Of a stretch of 64,000 nucleotides of DNA, positions 39,553 to 48,771 are shown piece by piece. The notes under the pieces were generated by a model that was given only the letters and a program-made list of their open reading frames with translations, ran no database searches and was not told where the DNA came from. This DNA comes from Verrucomicrobiota bacterium (GTDB lineage Bacteria > Verrucomicrobiota > Verrucomicrobiia > Opitutales > Cerasicoccaceae), in contig JBCBUK010000002.1 of the NCBI GenBank assembly GCA_039818205.1, positions 96,001 through 160,000 of the forward strand, given 5' to 3'. Every line of letters begins with the position of its first letter. The stretch's first letter is position 1. Both the position numbers and the translations under genes were made by a program.

Positions 39553-40698
39553 ATGCAGACGATTTATCAGCCGGGAGCAACGATTGGTATGTTGGGTGGC
39601 GGTCAGTTGGGCCGAATGAGCATTTTGGCCGGTCGGGCCCTGGGCTACCGATTCCATGTTTTTGAGCCGAAGGCGGGGTGCTGTGCCACCTCGGTTGCGG
39701 ATGGCCAAACCGTGGCGGACTATAGTAATGCCGAGGCGCTGCGGGAGTTTGCCAGCCACTGCGATGTGGTGACTCTGGAGTTTGAGAATGTGGCCCGGGA
39801 GGCCGTTGATGTTGTAACCGAGGCAGGGGTGCCGGTTCACCCAGGGGGCAACGTTTTGCATATTTGCCAGAATCGGCGCCGCGAAAAAGAATTTTTACGC
39901 GACAACGGTTTTCCCTGTGTTGATTTTCGGGTTGTCGCGAATGCCGAAGAGTTTGCCCAGGCTGTTGCTGAGCTAGGCACGCCATGCGTTCTCAAGACAG
40001 CTGATTTTGGCTACGATGGAAAAGGTCAGGTTAAGGTCGAGGACGCTTCGGCCGATTTGGCCCAGATTTGGAAGGACCATGATTGCCCAATGGGCGTGGT
40101 TGAAGCCTGGGCACCGTTTGCTGCTGAATGCTCGATCGTGGTTGCACGAGGTTATCGAGGAGAGTGCTCGGCGTTTCCAATGGCGGAGAATGTTCATCGC
40201 AATCATATCCTTCACCAGAGCATCGTGCCTGCGCGTATGCCTGAGGAAATTGAAATGCAGGCGGTGGACCTCGCAGTGCGCATTGCGCATGCCTTGGAGG
40301 TGGTGGGCCTGATCGCGGTTGAGTTTTTCGTGATGCCCGACGGCACGTTGCTGGTAAACGAATGTGCGCCTCGCCCCCATAATAGTGGGCACTACACAAT
40401 GGATGCCTGCCGCACCAGTCAGTTTGAGCAGCATGTTCGCGCGGTGACCGGTATGCCTTTGGGAAATACCAGTCAGTTCCGGCCGGCGGTTATGGTTAAT
40501 TTACTGGGAGATGTCTGGCGGGACGGTCAAACGCCGGATTGGAGCCGGCTTTTGGCGGATCCTGATGTGAAGCTTCACCTCTACGATAAAGGAGAGCCGA
40601 AGCAAGGCCGCAAAATGGGCCACTTCACCGTCGTTAAGGATTCGATCGAAGAGGCAATGTTGACTGCGGACCATGTGTTCGCCGCTCTTGATCAATAG
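39553..40698 (+). CDS. purK: N5-carboxyaminoimidazole ribonucleotide synthase
   Basis: IGMLGGGQLGRM, VVTLEFENV, GYDGKGQ, NECAPRPHNSGH, SQFEQH, HLYDK...GRKMGH. Confidence 0.96.
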   Translation: MQTIYQPGATIGMLGGGQLGRMSILAGRALGYRFHVFEPKAGCCATSVADGQTVADYSNAEALREFASHCDVVTLEFENVAREAVDVVTEAGVPVHPGGNVLHICQNRRREKEFLRDNGFPCVDFRVVANAEEFAQAVAELGTPCVLKTADFGYDGKGQVKVEDASADLAQIWKDHDCPMGVVEAWAPFAAECSIVVARGYRGECSAFPMAENVHRNHILHQSIVPARMPEEIEMQAVDLAVRIAHALEVVGLIAVEFFVMPDGTLLVNECAPRPHNSGHYTMDACRTSQFEQHVRAVTGMPLGNTSQFRPAVMVNLLGDVWRDGQTPDWSRLLADPDVKLHLYDKGEPKQGRKMGHFTVVKDSIEEAMLTADHVFAALDQ

Positions 40699-40774
40699 GC
40701 AGGGTTTGGATTGGCGTGCTTTCATCGCGCCAAATGTCTTGATCATCACGGACGCTTGCGCCACGGTGAGCTTT

Positions 40775-41245
40775 ATGCGCAAATCCCTTGTTTATCCTCT
40801 AGCTATTGCCTCGCTCATTCTTGCTGCTTGTGGAGGCGATAAAGACGAGCATGTGATTGAAGTGAACGAAGAAAAATTCGCTGAGGCTCATCCTGAGAAC
40901 AACACCTCGGGCACTGTCTTGACGGCACCTCGGAATTTCGCGATTCAGTTCAACGCGCCGAGTCCGGCATGGACGGTAAAGATCGAGTCGGTTTGGACCG
41001 TCGGTGTTCAGAACTGGATCATTGCTCGAATGTCGGAAAGTGAAGAGCCGGCAGCTCAGGTCGTAACCAAAGTAAGTGATGTTGTGAAAGTCTACGCGCC
41101 CGAGTTGCCCGTAGTCTACTACGTCATGGGGGAGCCCGACGGTTGGACCAGTAAAAATCCGAATCTCGTCTACATTGATAGTCTTGATGAGATTCAGGAG
41201 GGCTTGAATGCGGGTTCACAGATTTGGCCCGAGCTAAAAGAGTAA
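40775..41245 (+). CDS. putative lipoprotein
   Basis: MRK plus hydrophobic core plus lipobox LAAC-GG. Confidence 0.75.
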   Translation: MRKSLVYPLAIASLILAACGGDKDEHVIEVNEEKFAEAHPENNTSGTVLTAPRNFAIQFNAPSPAWTVKIESVWTVGVQNWIIARMSESEEPAAQVVTKVSDVVKVYAPELPVVYYVMGEPDGWTSKNPNLVYIDSLDEIQEGLNAGSQIWPELKE

Positions 41246-41403
41246 ACGCCAGGTAGCGCGCCACATCTCCTCGTCGGATCATTTTGCTGCCCATCTGTTG
41301 GCGGGTTAGTCGTTCGCATTCCTCGAGTTCTGAATTTGCGGGATCTCGTTGCTTCTTGGCGACCTTCCTTGACCTGGTGTGCGTTTCCGATAGAACCCGC
41401 AGA

Positions 41404-41613
41404 GTGAGCCACAACGAAGAAAATCAACGGATATCGTTAGAGTCGCGCCTTGCCCATCTGGAGCGACACGTCGAAGAACAGGACCGCGAGATCTATCGTC
41501 AAAGCGAGTTGATCAAGCGACTGGTTCGGGAGGTCGAATCGCTCCGGGATCAGATGCAAGATGCCCGCGACGGAAAATCACCTCCCGTGGACGAGCGGCC
41601 ACCGCATTACTAG
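41404..41613 (+). CDS. slyX: SlyX family protein
   Basis: LESRLAHLE coiled coil ending in ERPPHY; GTG start inferred. Confidence 0.85.
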   Translation: MSHNEENQRISLESRLAHLERHVEEQDREIYRQSELIKRLVREVESLRDQMQDARDGKSPPVDERPPHY

Positions 41614-41948
41614 AAATCGCGACGGATCGGATTGGTGAACCGCGGGTTCATGAAAATGTCGCCAGTTTGACGCTAGAACGTTACCGATGGATTGTGAAAA
41701 GGCGGGCTTGTGGCCGGTTTTTTGCTGTAACTTAATGATACATGAGCCCTAATAGGCTCTACAGTATTTACCTGACTTTAAGGCATATACGAAAGTTACC
41801 TTAAGGTGACTTTTGGGTGTGAATAACTTGGTGGTAACTAAAAATATCTCTTCCTTGTCGGTAGGGCCGATTTTGTGGCATTCTTGTGACGATCTCCCCT
41901 GAGCGCCATTGGTGCATTCCCCTCGTTTATTCCCAATTCTCCCTGCTT

Positions 41949-41996
41949 CACCTACATCTAGTGGTGTTTTTGTAAAAAATCGCCTAGATGTAGTGG
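41949..41996 (+). promoter_or_regulatory. tandem NrdR boxes upstream of nrdB
   Basis: CACCTACATCTAGTGG (41949-41964) and CGCCTAGATGTAGTGG (41981-41996), 32 bp apart, fit acaCwAtATaTwGtgt; TTGACA at 42003-42008. Confidence 0.85.
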
Positions 41997-42122
41997 TAAT
42001 AGTTGACAAGTTTGCTTTCCTGACCCACCGTTCACCCCAGCGTCACCCAACGGCATTTGCCCAGCACGCTACCTTATTTTTCGCTAATTTCGGAACCTGA
42101 ATAACTTCTGCAAAAACTCGCT

Positions 42123-43223
42123 ATGGCGACTGCACCCACGACCACTCTCCAAATCGGGAACAAGACCTTCGTTCTTGATAAAGAAAAAGCTGAGCAGGCT
42201 TTTGCGGCTAAGAAAATTATCAATGGCCGCGACACGATGTTTTTCAACATCTTGCCCCTGAAATACCAGTGGGCCTACGATCTTTACAAGGTCATGAAGA
42301 ACAACCACTGGGAGCCGGAGGACATCCCGATGCAGAAGGACTGCGAGCAGTGGCGTGATTCTGGTGACTCAATTACCGACATCGATCGCTGGATTGTTAA
42401 GATGGCGATTGGCTACTTTTCTGCGGCCGAAGGCATTGTTGGAGACAACGTTCAGCATGTGACCCGTGAGCTCGTGACCGCGCCGGAACTGAAACTAGTT
42501 TTGGGCCGGCATGCACATGAGGAGAATATTCACGCCGACAGCCTTGTGTATATGATCTCTTCCTTGGGGATCAATCCGCACGAGTGCGAGGCGATGTTCA
42601 CCGACATTAACACGATTGACCGCAAGACCGAGTTTCTCGTCAGCAATTCTCGGGAATTGCGTCGCGACATGGACATGACGGTGACCGAGAACAAGCAAGC
42701 GCTCGCTAAGAACATGTTCTTGTTTGGTCAGGTCATGGAGGGCACTCAGTTCTACGGTCTGTTTGGCATGGTGCTCAGCCTCTACCGCCAGAACAAGTTT
42801 CCCGGTGTCGGTCAGATGTTCCGCTACACCCTGCGCGATGAGTCCAACCATATCGAGCTGTTTCGCAACCTGTTGATGGATCTCGTTGACGAGAATCCCG
42901 ACGTGTGGACTCCCGAATTTAAGGAAGAGCTGACCAATGCGATGCGTGACGGCATTGCGATGGAGAAAGAATTTATCAGCGACTGCCTGCCGGTGAATGC
43001 GGTTGGTCTCTCTTGTGATGATTTTCAACAGTACATCGACTACATTGCTGATCGCCGCCTTGAGGGCGTTGGCCTGGCGCCATTGAACCCGGGGATTACG
43101 AATCCGTTTCCGTGGCTTTCCGAAATGATGGACATCCAAAAGGAGCAAAACTTCTTTGAAGGTCGGGTAACCGAGTATCAGAAGGCCAGTGCTCTGGACT
43201 CCGTGGATGATGACGAACTTTAA
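42123..43223 (+). CDS. nrdB: ribonucleotide reductase class I beta subunit (class Ic-type residues)
   Basis: NHW.PEDI, FSAAEGIV, EENIH, EGTQFY, RDESNH, NFFEGRVTEY. Confidence 0.96.
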   Translation: MATAPTTTLQIGNKTFVLDKEKAEQAFAAKKIINGRDTMFFNILPLKYQWAYDLYKVMKNNHWEPEDIPMQKDCEQWRDSGDSITDIDRWIVKMAIGYFSAAEGIVGDNVQHVTRELVTAPELKLVLGRHAHEENIHADSLVYMISSLGINPHECEAMFTDINTIDRKTEFLVSNSRELRRDMDMTVTENKQALAKNMFLFGQVMEGTQFYGLFGMVLSLYRQNKFPGVGQMFRYTLRDESNHIELFRNLLMDLVDENPDVWTPEFKEELTNAMRDGIAMEKEFISDCLPVNAVGLSCDDFQQYIDYIADRRLEGVGLAPLNPGITNPFPWLSEMMDIQKEQNFFEGRVTEYQKASALDSVDDDEL

Positions 43224-43298
43224 CCCAAGACTTTAATGCTAGCGGGCGCCTAGGTAACGCCCGCATAAGTGGCATGGTGGTAAAAATGGAAAGGATGG

Positions 43299-43329
43299 GG
43301 CCGCGGTCGGGAGATCGCGGCCTTCTTTT
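43299..43329 (+). terminator. intrinsic terminator after nrdB
   Basis: GGCCGCGGTC-GGGA-GATCGCGGCC followed by TTCTTTT. Confidence 0.7.
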
Positions 43330-43350
43330 CCGCCAACTCGATCAATCGCG

Positions 43351-44643
43351 ATGACACCCGATACTCATCTGATAGCGCAAGGCCTCGAGTCTCGGCTCCA
43401 TGAAGAGTTATCAACTTTTGCGGAATTCGGTGAACGAACGGTTGTCGATGCTTGGCGTGACGGTGAACTGGAGGTGCCAGTTTACGTGAACGAATATTGG
43501 ACTTCCAAGCAGCGTCAGGCAAATTCGCTGCATGAGGTTTCCTACCGCGCATGCTTCAAGCCTCAGTTGCCGCGGTTCTTCATTGACCGGCTGACGGCTC
43601 CCGGTGATGTGGTTTTTGATCCCTTTATGGGCCGGGGTACGACGCCGATTGAAGCCGCTCTTTCGGGCCGCATTCCTTGGGGCTCGGATGCCAATCCGCT
43701 GGCAAAGCGTTTGGCGGCTCCACGTTTGTCGCCACCGTCTGTGGCGATGGTGAGTGATCGCTTGGTCGAGATAAATGGACTTTGCATGGCAAAGTTTGAT
43801 TCGGTGGGCGTTGTCGATGATTTGTTGGCGTTTTATCATCCGAATACACTGCGGCTTCTGTGCGGTTTGCGCGAATACCTGCTTGAGCGCGAGTCTTCGG
43901 GGGAGCTTGATGCGGTCGACGCGTGGATTCGCACGGTGGCAACCAATCGGTTGACTGGTCATTCAACGGGATTCTTTTCGGTTTATACGTTGCCGCCGAA
44001 CCAAGCGGTTAGCGTTGAGCGACAGGCTCGAATCAATACGAGCCGCGAGCAAACTCCACCCGAGCGCGACATCTTTTCTATCATTGAAAAGAAGAGTCGG
44101 CAGTTGTTGCGAGGGTTGGCGCCCGAGGATCGGACAGCCCTGGCCTCCGTTGCTCGCGAATCCCGCATGGAGACTTGTTCGGCGGATTCGGTGGCTGAGC
44201 ATTTGCCTCATGAAACAGTTTCATTGGTGGTTACGTCACCGCCGTTTTTGGATGTCGTGCAGTATGCTCAAGATAACTGGTTGCGATGTTGGTTTAATGG
44301 AATTGAATCTTCGGAAGTAGCGATCTGGCACTGTCGGAAGGTTGAGGACTGGCAGGCGCGCATGCGGTCCGTGCTGGAACAATGCCAGCGGCTGCTTAAG
44401 CCTGGCGGATGGATTGCGTTTGAAGTTGGTGAAGTCCGTAAGGGGTCGGTTCTTCTTGAAGAATTCGTCGTTCGGGCCGGCGTTCAAGTCGGGTTGAGTC
44501 CCGTGCTGCTTTTGATCAATCAGCAAGATTTTACGAAGACCGCAAACTGTTGGGGAGTGCGTAACAATGCCCGCGGCACGAACACCAATCGTATTGTTTT
44601 GTTCCGTAAGACAGCCGGTAACAATCAGTTAACGGCGAGGTGA
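43351..44643 (+). CDS. orphan amino-DNA methyltransferase (N4C/N6A family, motif I before motif IV)
   Basis: SLHEVSYRACFKPQLP, motif I VFDPFMGRGTT, motif IV VVTSPPF, LLKPGG; no restriction endonuclease adjacent. Confidence 0.88.
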   Translation: MTPDTHLIAQGLESRLHEELSTFAEFGERTVVDAWRDGELEVPVYVNEYWTSKQRQANSLHEVSYRACFKPQLPRFFIDRLTAPGDVVFDPFMGRGTTPIEAALSGRIPWGSDANPLAKRLAAPRLSPPSVAMVSDRLVEINGLCMAKFDSVGVVDDLLAFYHPNTLRLLCGLREYLLERESSGELDAVDAWIRTVATNRLTGHSTGFFSVYTLPPNQAVSVERQARINTSREQTPPERDIFSIIEKKSRQLLRGLAPEDRTALASVARESRMETCSADSVAEHLPHETVSLVVTSPPFLDVVQYAQDNWLRCWFNGIESSEVAIWHCRKVEDWQARMRSVLEQCQRLLKPGGWIAFEVGEVRKGSVLLEEFVVRAGVQVGLSPVLLLINQQDFTKTANCWGVRNNARGTNTNRIVLFRKTAGNNQLTAR

Positions 44644-44704
44644 CGCAGCCGTGTCGAAAAAGTCGCGAATAAGGCCTGTGGGCAACTTTTTCGCAATATT
44701 ATCT

Positions 44705-44764
44705 TTGACAATGATACCCACTACATATTGTAATCTTTATACCGAACGACGCTATATATAGTGT
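44705..44764 (+). promoter_or_regulatory. sigma70-type promoter overlapped by tandem NrdR boxes upstream of nrdA
   Basis: TTGACA 44705-44710 and TGTAAT 44729-44734; CCACTACATATTGTAA (44718-44733) and ACGCTATATATAGTGT (44749-44764), 31 bp apart. Confidence 0.85.
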
Positions 44765-44974
44765 GTTGCCATCGAAAAGACGCCATGAGGATAAGTTCCA
44801 ACAACTTCTGTTTGTGCTCGCGATTTTCCCGTGTTGTTTTTCTAACACTCTCGTTCGCTTCGGCACCCAAACCATAGTAATTTTACTTCGCCGCAGGGCC
44901 TTGCTGGCTCCGGCTTTCTCGAATATATTTTCTCAAACTTACCGACAAGAAAACGCAAACTGCTCGCCCGTATT

Positions 44975-47900
44975 ATGATCCGCAATTACACATTTGATGA
45001 AGACATCGCCCTGAAGAGAATCGTCTCTACACCTGCTGACCAAAAACAACGTTTTAACTGGCGGGAGGTCATTCCCACCGAAACTGTCGCTCAACCCGAG
45101 GTCAAAATCGACCTAGGCGGTGAGGAGCGTGAATTTGATTTGGCGGAAGTCGCTGAGATCATTGGCAACGCTTTGACCGACCTCATGATCTCACGCGAAG
45201 AGAATGAGATCTTCACCGATAAGAATCAGGCCTTTGTCGCGCTGGTTGCAAAAGAAGTGGGAGAAAGCATTGCACGTCAGATTCAAGGTAAGGGCGACAT
45301 CACTCTGACGGATCTGGATATCAACCTCATCATCGAGAAGGCTTTGATTGAGCACAATGCCCACGATGTTGCTCGCAGCCTGGTTGCGCAGCGTCGCAAT
45401 GGTCTGGTTAGTGAAGATGACGAGCCGGTGAATGTGCGTTTGATTCGCCGCAACCGTCAGGTCGTGCCTTGGGATCCTAATAAGGTTGAGGTAGCGGTGC
45501 GTAAGTCTTTCCTTTCGCAGCACATGGATTCGACTCCAGCGGTTGCGGTTGCTCGCGGAGTGACTGATCGGGTGCGCCAAACTGGTGAGGCGTTTATCCA
45601 CATTGAGCAGGTGCAGGACATCGTCCAGGAAGAGCTGATGCGTCAGGGACACTTCAAGATCGCTGAGTCCTATATCCTTTATCGGGCCCACCGTCGCAAT
45701 CTGCGTGAGCAGGAGGATCAGGCCGCGGCGGAAGACAGTCGTCAGGATGCGATGATCATGCTGACGGGCAAAGATGGTTCGACCTTCTTTTGGGACCCGG
45801 CCGAGTTGCGTAAGCGCATTGACTTTGCCTCGATCGGCCTCGACCTGTGCCTGAATAAAGATCAGATCGAGTCCGAGTTGCGTCGTTCGCTTTACGCTGA
45901 GATGACGCGGGAGGACCTGCGTCGTACCATCATTCTCAATGCGAAGAGCTTGATTGAAAAGGATGCCGATTTTTCTAAATTCGCTGGTCGAATTCTTCTC
46001 TCCTACATCTATGAAGAAGTGCTCGGCTGGGACATTATGCAGGATGGGATCGAAGGGCTAAAAAATGCTCATCGCCTCTACTTCAAGACTTGCATCAAGC
46101 GCGGGGTGACCTTGGAGCGGCTCGATCCTAAATTGCTGGAATACGATCTGGAGCGCTTGGCGGATGCCTTGGATCCAACCGCTGACTTGGATTTTGACTA
46201 CCTGGGCATCTCCACGCTCTACGATCGTTATCTAATCATTGATAAGTCCGGCAAGGACCAAAAGCGTTTGGAAACGCCCCAGCTGTTCTGGATTCGCGTC
46301 GCAATGGGTCTCTTCATCGGAGAGAAAGAAGATCGCGAAGGCTGGGTCATCCGCCTATACAATCTTTACAAGAGCCGCCGCTTCTGCTCGTCGACTCCCA
46401 CCTTGTTTAATTCAGGCACGCACCATAGTCAGTTGTCGTCCTGTTACCTATATAAAGTCGACGACTCGATTGAGTCGATTATGCATCGTGGTATCGCGGA
46501 GAATGCGTTCCTTTCAAAGTGGGCTGGTGGTCTCGGTGGTTCCTGGACGGCCGTTCGTGGCACCGGTAGCTACATCAAGGGCACCAACGGTGAGAGCCAA
46601 GGCGTCATACCTTTCTTGAAGTTGCACAATGACCAGCTCGTTGCGGTGAACCAAGGCGGCAAGCGTCGCGGTTCGGGTTGTGCCTACTTGGAGACCTGGC
46701 ATAACGACATTGCGGACTTCCTTGAATTGCGTCGTAACACCGGTGATGACCGTCGCCGGACTCACGACATGAACACAGCCAACTGGATTCCAGACTTGTT
46801 CATGAAGCGGATGGAGCACCGTGGCGATTGGACTTTGTTCCGCTCGAACGAGGCCAAGGATCTTCATGACCTCTATGGTAAAGCGTTCGAAGAGAAATAC
46901 CTCGAATACGAAGCAATGGCTGAGCGGGGTGAGATCTGGAGCCAGTCGGTTAAGGCGATTGACCTTTGGAAATCCATGCTCCGCATGTTGTTCGAAACGG
47001 GTCACCCATGGATCACCTTCAAGGACCCTTGCAACGTTCGTTCGCCGCAAGACCATGTGGGCGTCATTCACAGCTCCAATCTTTGCACGGAGATTACGCT
47101 CAATACTTCCAACGATGAGACTGCGGTCTGCAACCTGGGTTCGGTCGTGCTCGATAGCCACCTGGATGCGGATGGTAACATCGACTTGGAGAAGCTTCGT
47201 GACACGATTCAAGTTGCGGTGCGTGCGCTGGACAACGTCATCGATATCAACTTCTACCCAACTACAGCAGCGGAGACTTCTAATCGTCGCCACCGTCCGA
47301 TTGGTCTTGGTGTGATGGGCGTTCAGAATGCGCTCTACCTCAAGGATGTTCCTTTCGCTTCAACTGAAGCGGTTGAGTTCAACGACGAATTTATGGAGGC
47401 GATTGCTTACTATGCCTACGAGGCGTCCAGCGATCTCGCGGCTGAGCGCGGCAGCTACTCGACGTATGAGGGGTCTAAGTGGAGTCGCGGTTTGATGCCT
47501 GAAGACACCCTCGATTTGCTTGAGCAAGAGCGTGGCGCGAAAATTGACGTCGCTCGCGGCGGCAAGATGGATTGGGGGCAGCTCCGTTCGAAGATCGGGC
47601 AGCAGGGCATGCGCAATTCCAACGTGTTGGCAATCGCTCCAACCGCCACAATTTCCAACATCATGGGAACCAGCCCATGTATCGAGCCTTACTACAAGAA
47701 CTTCTATGTGAAGAGTAACTTGGGTGGTGACTTCGTTGTGCTGAACCACCACCTGGTTCGCGACCTCAAGAAACGTGGCCTATGGACGCCGGAGATTTTG
47801 GATCAACTCAAGTATTTCGATGGCGAACTTGCCAACATTGACGGTATCCCTGGCGAAATTAAGGACAAATACACGACCGCATTCGGCATTGATTATCAGT

Positions 47901-48235
47901 GGTTTATTGATGCGGCCGCACGACGCCAGAAGTGGATCGACCAATCCCAGAGTGTGAACCTGTTTTTGGCAAAGCCAGATCTCAAGACACTCTCCCATAT
48001 GTATCGGGCTGCGTGGCGCAAGGGACTCAAGACCACTTACTATCTACGCACTCTTGGCGCCTCAAATATCGAAAAAGCGACCGTTAGTGTGAAGAAAGAA
48101 ACCCGTGGAGTCGTTGGTAAATCTGCAGAGGAAACCCCCGCTGAAGCTCCGAAGAAGGAGTATTCCGAGGAGGAGAAAACAGCCTGTAGCATTGATGCCA
48201 TGCTTAATGGCGGCGAGTGCGAAGCTTGCCAATAA
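44975..48235 (+). CDS. nrdA: ribonucleotide reductase class I alpha subunit with multiple N-terminal ATP cones
   Basis: STPTLFN, LSSCYL, NQGGKRRG, SNLCTEI, VCNLGS, AIAPTATIS, KTTYYLR, C-terminal CEACQ. Confidence 0.97.
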   Translation: MIRNYTFDEDIALKRIVSTPADQKQRFNWREVIPTETVAQPEVKIDLGGEEREFDLAEVAEIIGNALTDLMISREENEIFTDKNQAFVALVAKEVGESIARQIQGKGDITLTDLDINLIIEKALIEHNAHDVARSLVAQRRNGLVSEDDEPVNVRLIRRNRQVVPWDPNKVEVAVRKSFLSQHMDSTPAVAVARGVTDRVRQTGEAFIHIEQVQDIVQEELMRQGHFKIAESYILYRAHRRNLREQEDQAAAEDSRQDAMIMLTGKDGSTFFWDPAELRKRIDFASIGLDLCLNKDQIESELRRSLYAEMTREDLRRTIILNAKSLIEKDADFSKFAGRILLSYIYEEVLGWDIMQDGIEGLKNAHRLYFKTCIKRGVTLERLDPKLLEYDLERLADALDPTADLDFDYLGISTLYDRYLIIDKSGKDQKRLETPQLFWIRVAMGLFIGEKEDREGWVIRLYNLYKSRRFCSSTPTLFNSGTHHSQLSSCYLYKVDDSIESIMHRGIAENAFLSKWAGGLGGSWTAVRGTGSYIKGTNGESQGVIPFLKLHNDQLVAVNQGGKRRGSGCAYLETWHNDIADFLELRRNTGDDRRRTHDMNTANWIPDLFMKRMEHRGDWTLFRSNEAKDLHDLYGKAFEEKYLEYEAMAERGEIWSQSVKAIDLWKSMLRMLFETGHPWITFKDPCNVRSPQDHVGVIHSSNLCTEITLNTSNDETAVCNLGSVVLDSHLDADGNIDLEKLRDTIQVAVRALDNVIDINFYPTTAAETSNRRHRPIGLGVMGVQNALYLKDVPFASTEAVEFNDEFMEAIAYYAYEASSDLAAERGSYSTYEGSKWSRGLMPEDTLDLLEQERGAKIDVARGGKMDWGQLRSKIGQQGMRNSNVLAIAPTATISNIMGTSPCIEPYYKNFYVKSNLGGDFVVLNHHLVRDLKKRGLWTPEILDQLKYFDGELANIDGIPGEIKDKYTTAFGIDYQWFIDAAARRQKWIDQSQSVNLFLAKPDLKTLSHMYRAAWRKGLKTTYYLRTLGASNIEKATVSVKKETRGVVGKSAEETPAEAPKKEYSEEEKTACSIDAMLNGGECEACQ

Positions 48236-48289
48236 TTTTACTTAGCTGGAAAACTAAGAACTAACGCAAGACTGAAAAGACTGGTAAGG

Positions 48290-48325
48290 GCGGCCCCTGT
48301 TGAGGAACAGGGGTCGCATTTTTTT
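48290..48325 (+). terminator. intrinsic terminator after nrdA
   Basis: GCGGCCCCTGTT-GAGG-AACAGGGGTCGC then A and T7. Confidence 0.85.
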
Positions 48326-48361
48326 GGAACTTATAAAAACTTTGCATTACAAAGTCTATTT

Positions 48362-48751
48362 GTGAAGCAAAGTTATTCGAAATTCAAAGATGGTATGCGG
48401 CGCCGAGCGCGGAACGAGATGTGTTTTCGTTTGGACCTGGAAGCCGGGGATGAGCTCAATTGGTCGGTCCGAAACCTGCCCCTGATGCCGAAGCTAGGAT
48501 GGGAGCCCGGATTTCCCTATTTTGGAGAGGCGGCTGAGTATCTGGCGACCTGGGGACTGTATTCTCGAGGCAGATTTCGGCAAGCTTTGCAGGGGCAATG
48601 CGCTGTTGAGCTTGGTGATCGGCTCCGGCACCGCATCGATCAGCGCGGAAGATTGGTCCGGCTTTTCATTGCTGACCTGAGTAATCGGTGGATGCATTGC
48701 CTGGTGCTGAAAACGAGAGATTCGGGATCTTTCGATTTGCAAGATCAATGA
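48362..48751 (+). CDS. hypothetical protein
   Basis: 129-aa ORF filling the gap before the OsmC gene; no motif; start uncertain (GTG 48362 or ATG 48395). Confidence 0.5.
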   Translation: MKQSYSKFKDGMRRRARNEMCFRLDLEAGDELNWSVRNLPLMPKLGWEPGFPYFGEAAEYLATWGLYSRGRFRQALQGQCAVELGDRLRHRIDQRGRLVRLFIADLSNRWMHCLVLKTRDSGSFDLQDQ

Positions 48752-48771
48752 TTTGGCTCCATCGTCCTGGA

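Noticed and set aside
44765..44974. Riboswitch in the ~200-nt nrdA leader
   Set aside because: No cobalamin-box or other recognisable aptamer core seen; an Rfam/Infernal scan would be needed.
42495..47752. Long antisense ORFs over nrdB and nrdA (e.g. 42495-43148, 46514-47293) and similar ones elsewhere
   Set aside because: These are shadow frames expected from biased codon usage in conserved genes; no motifs.
44975..48235. Intein or intron in the unusually long nrdA
   Set aside because: The extra length is N-terminal ATP cones; the catalytic motifs are contiguous and there are no splice-junction or LAGLIDADG motifs.
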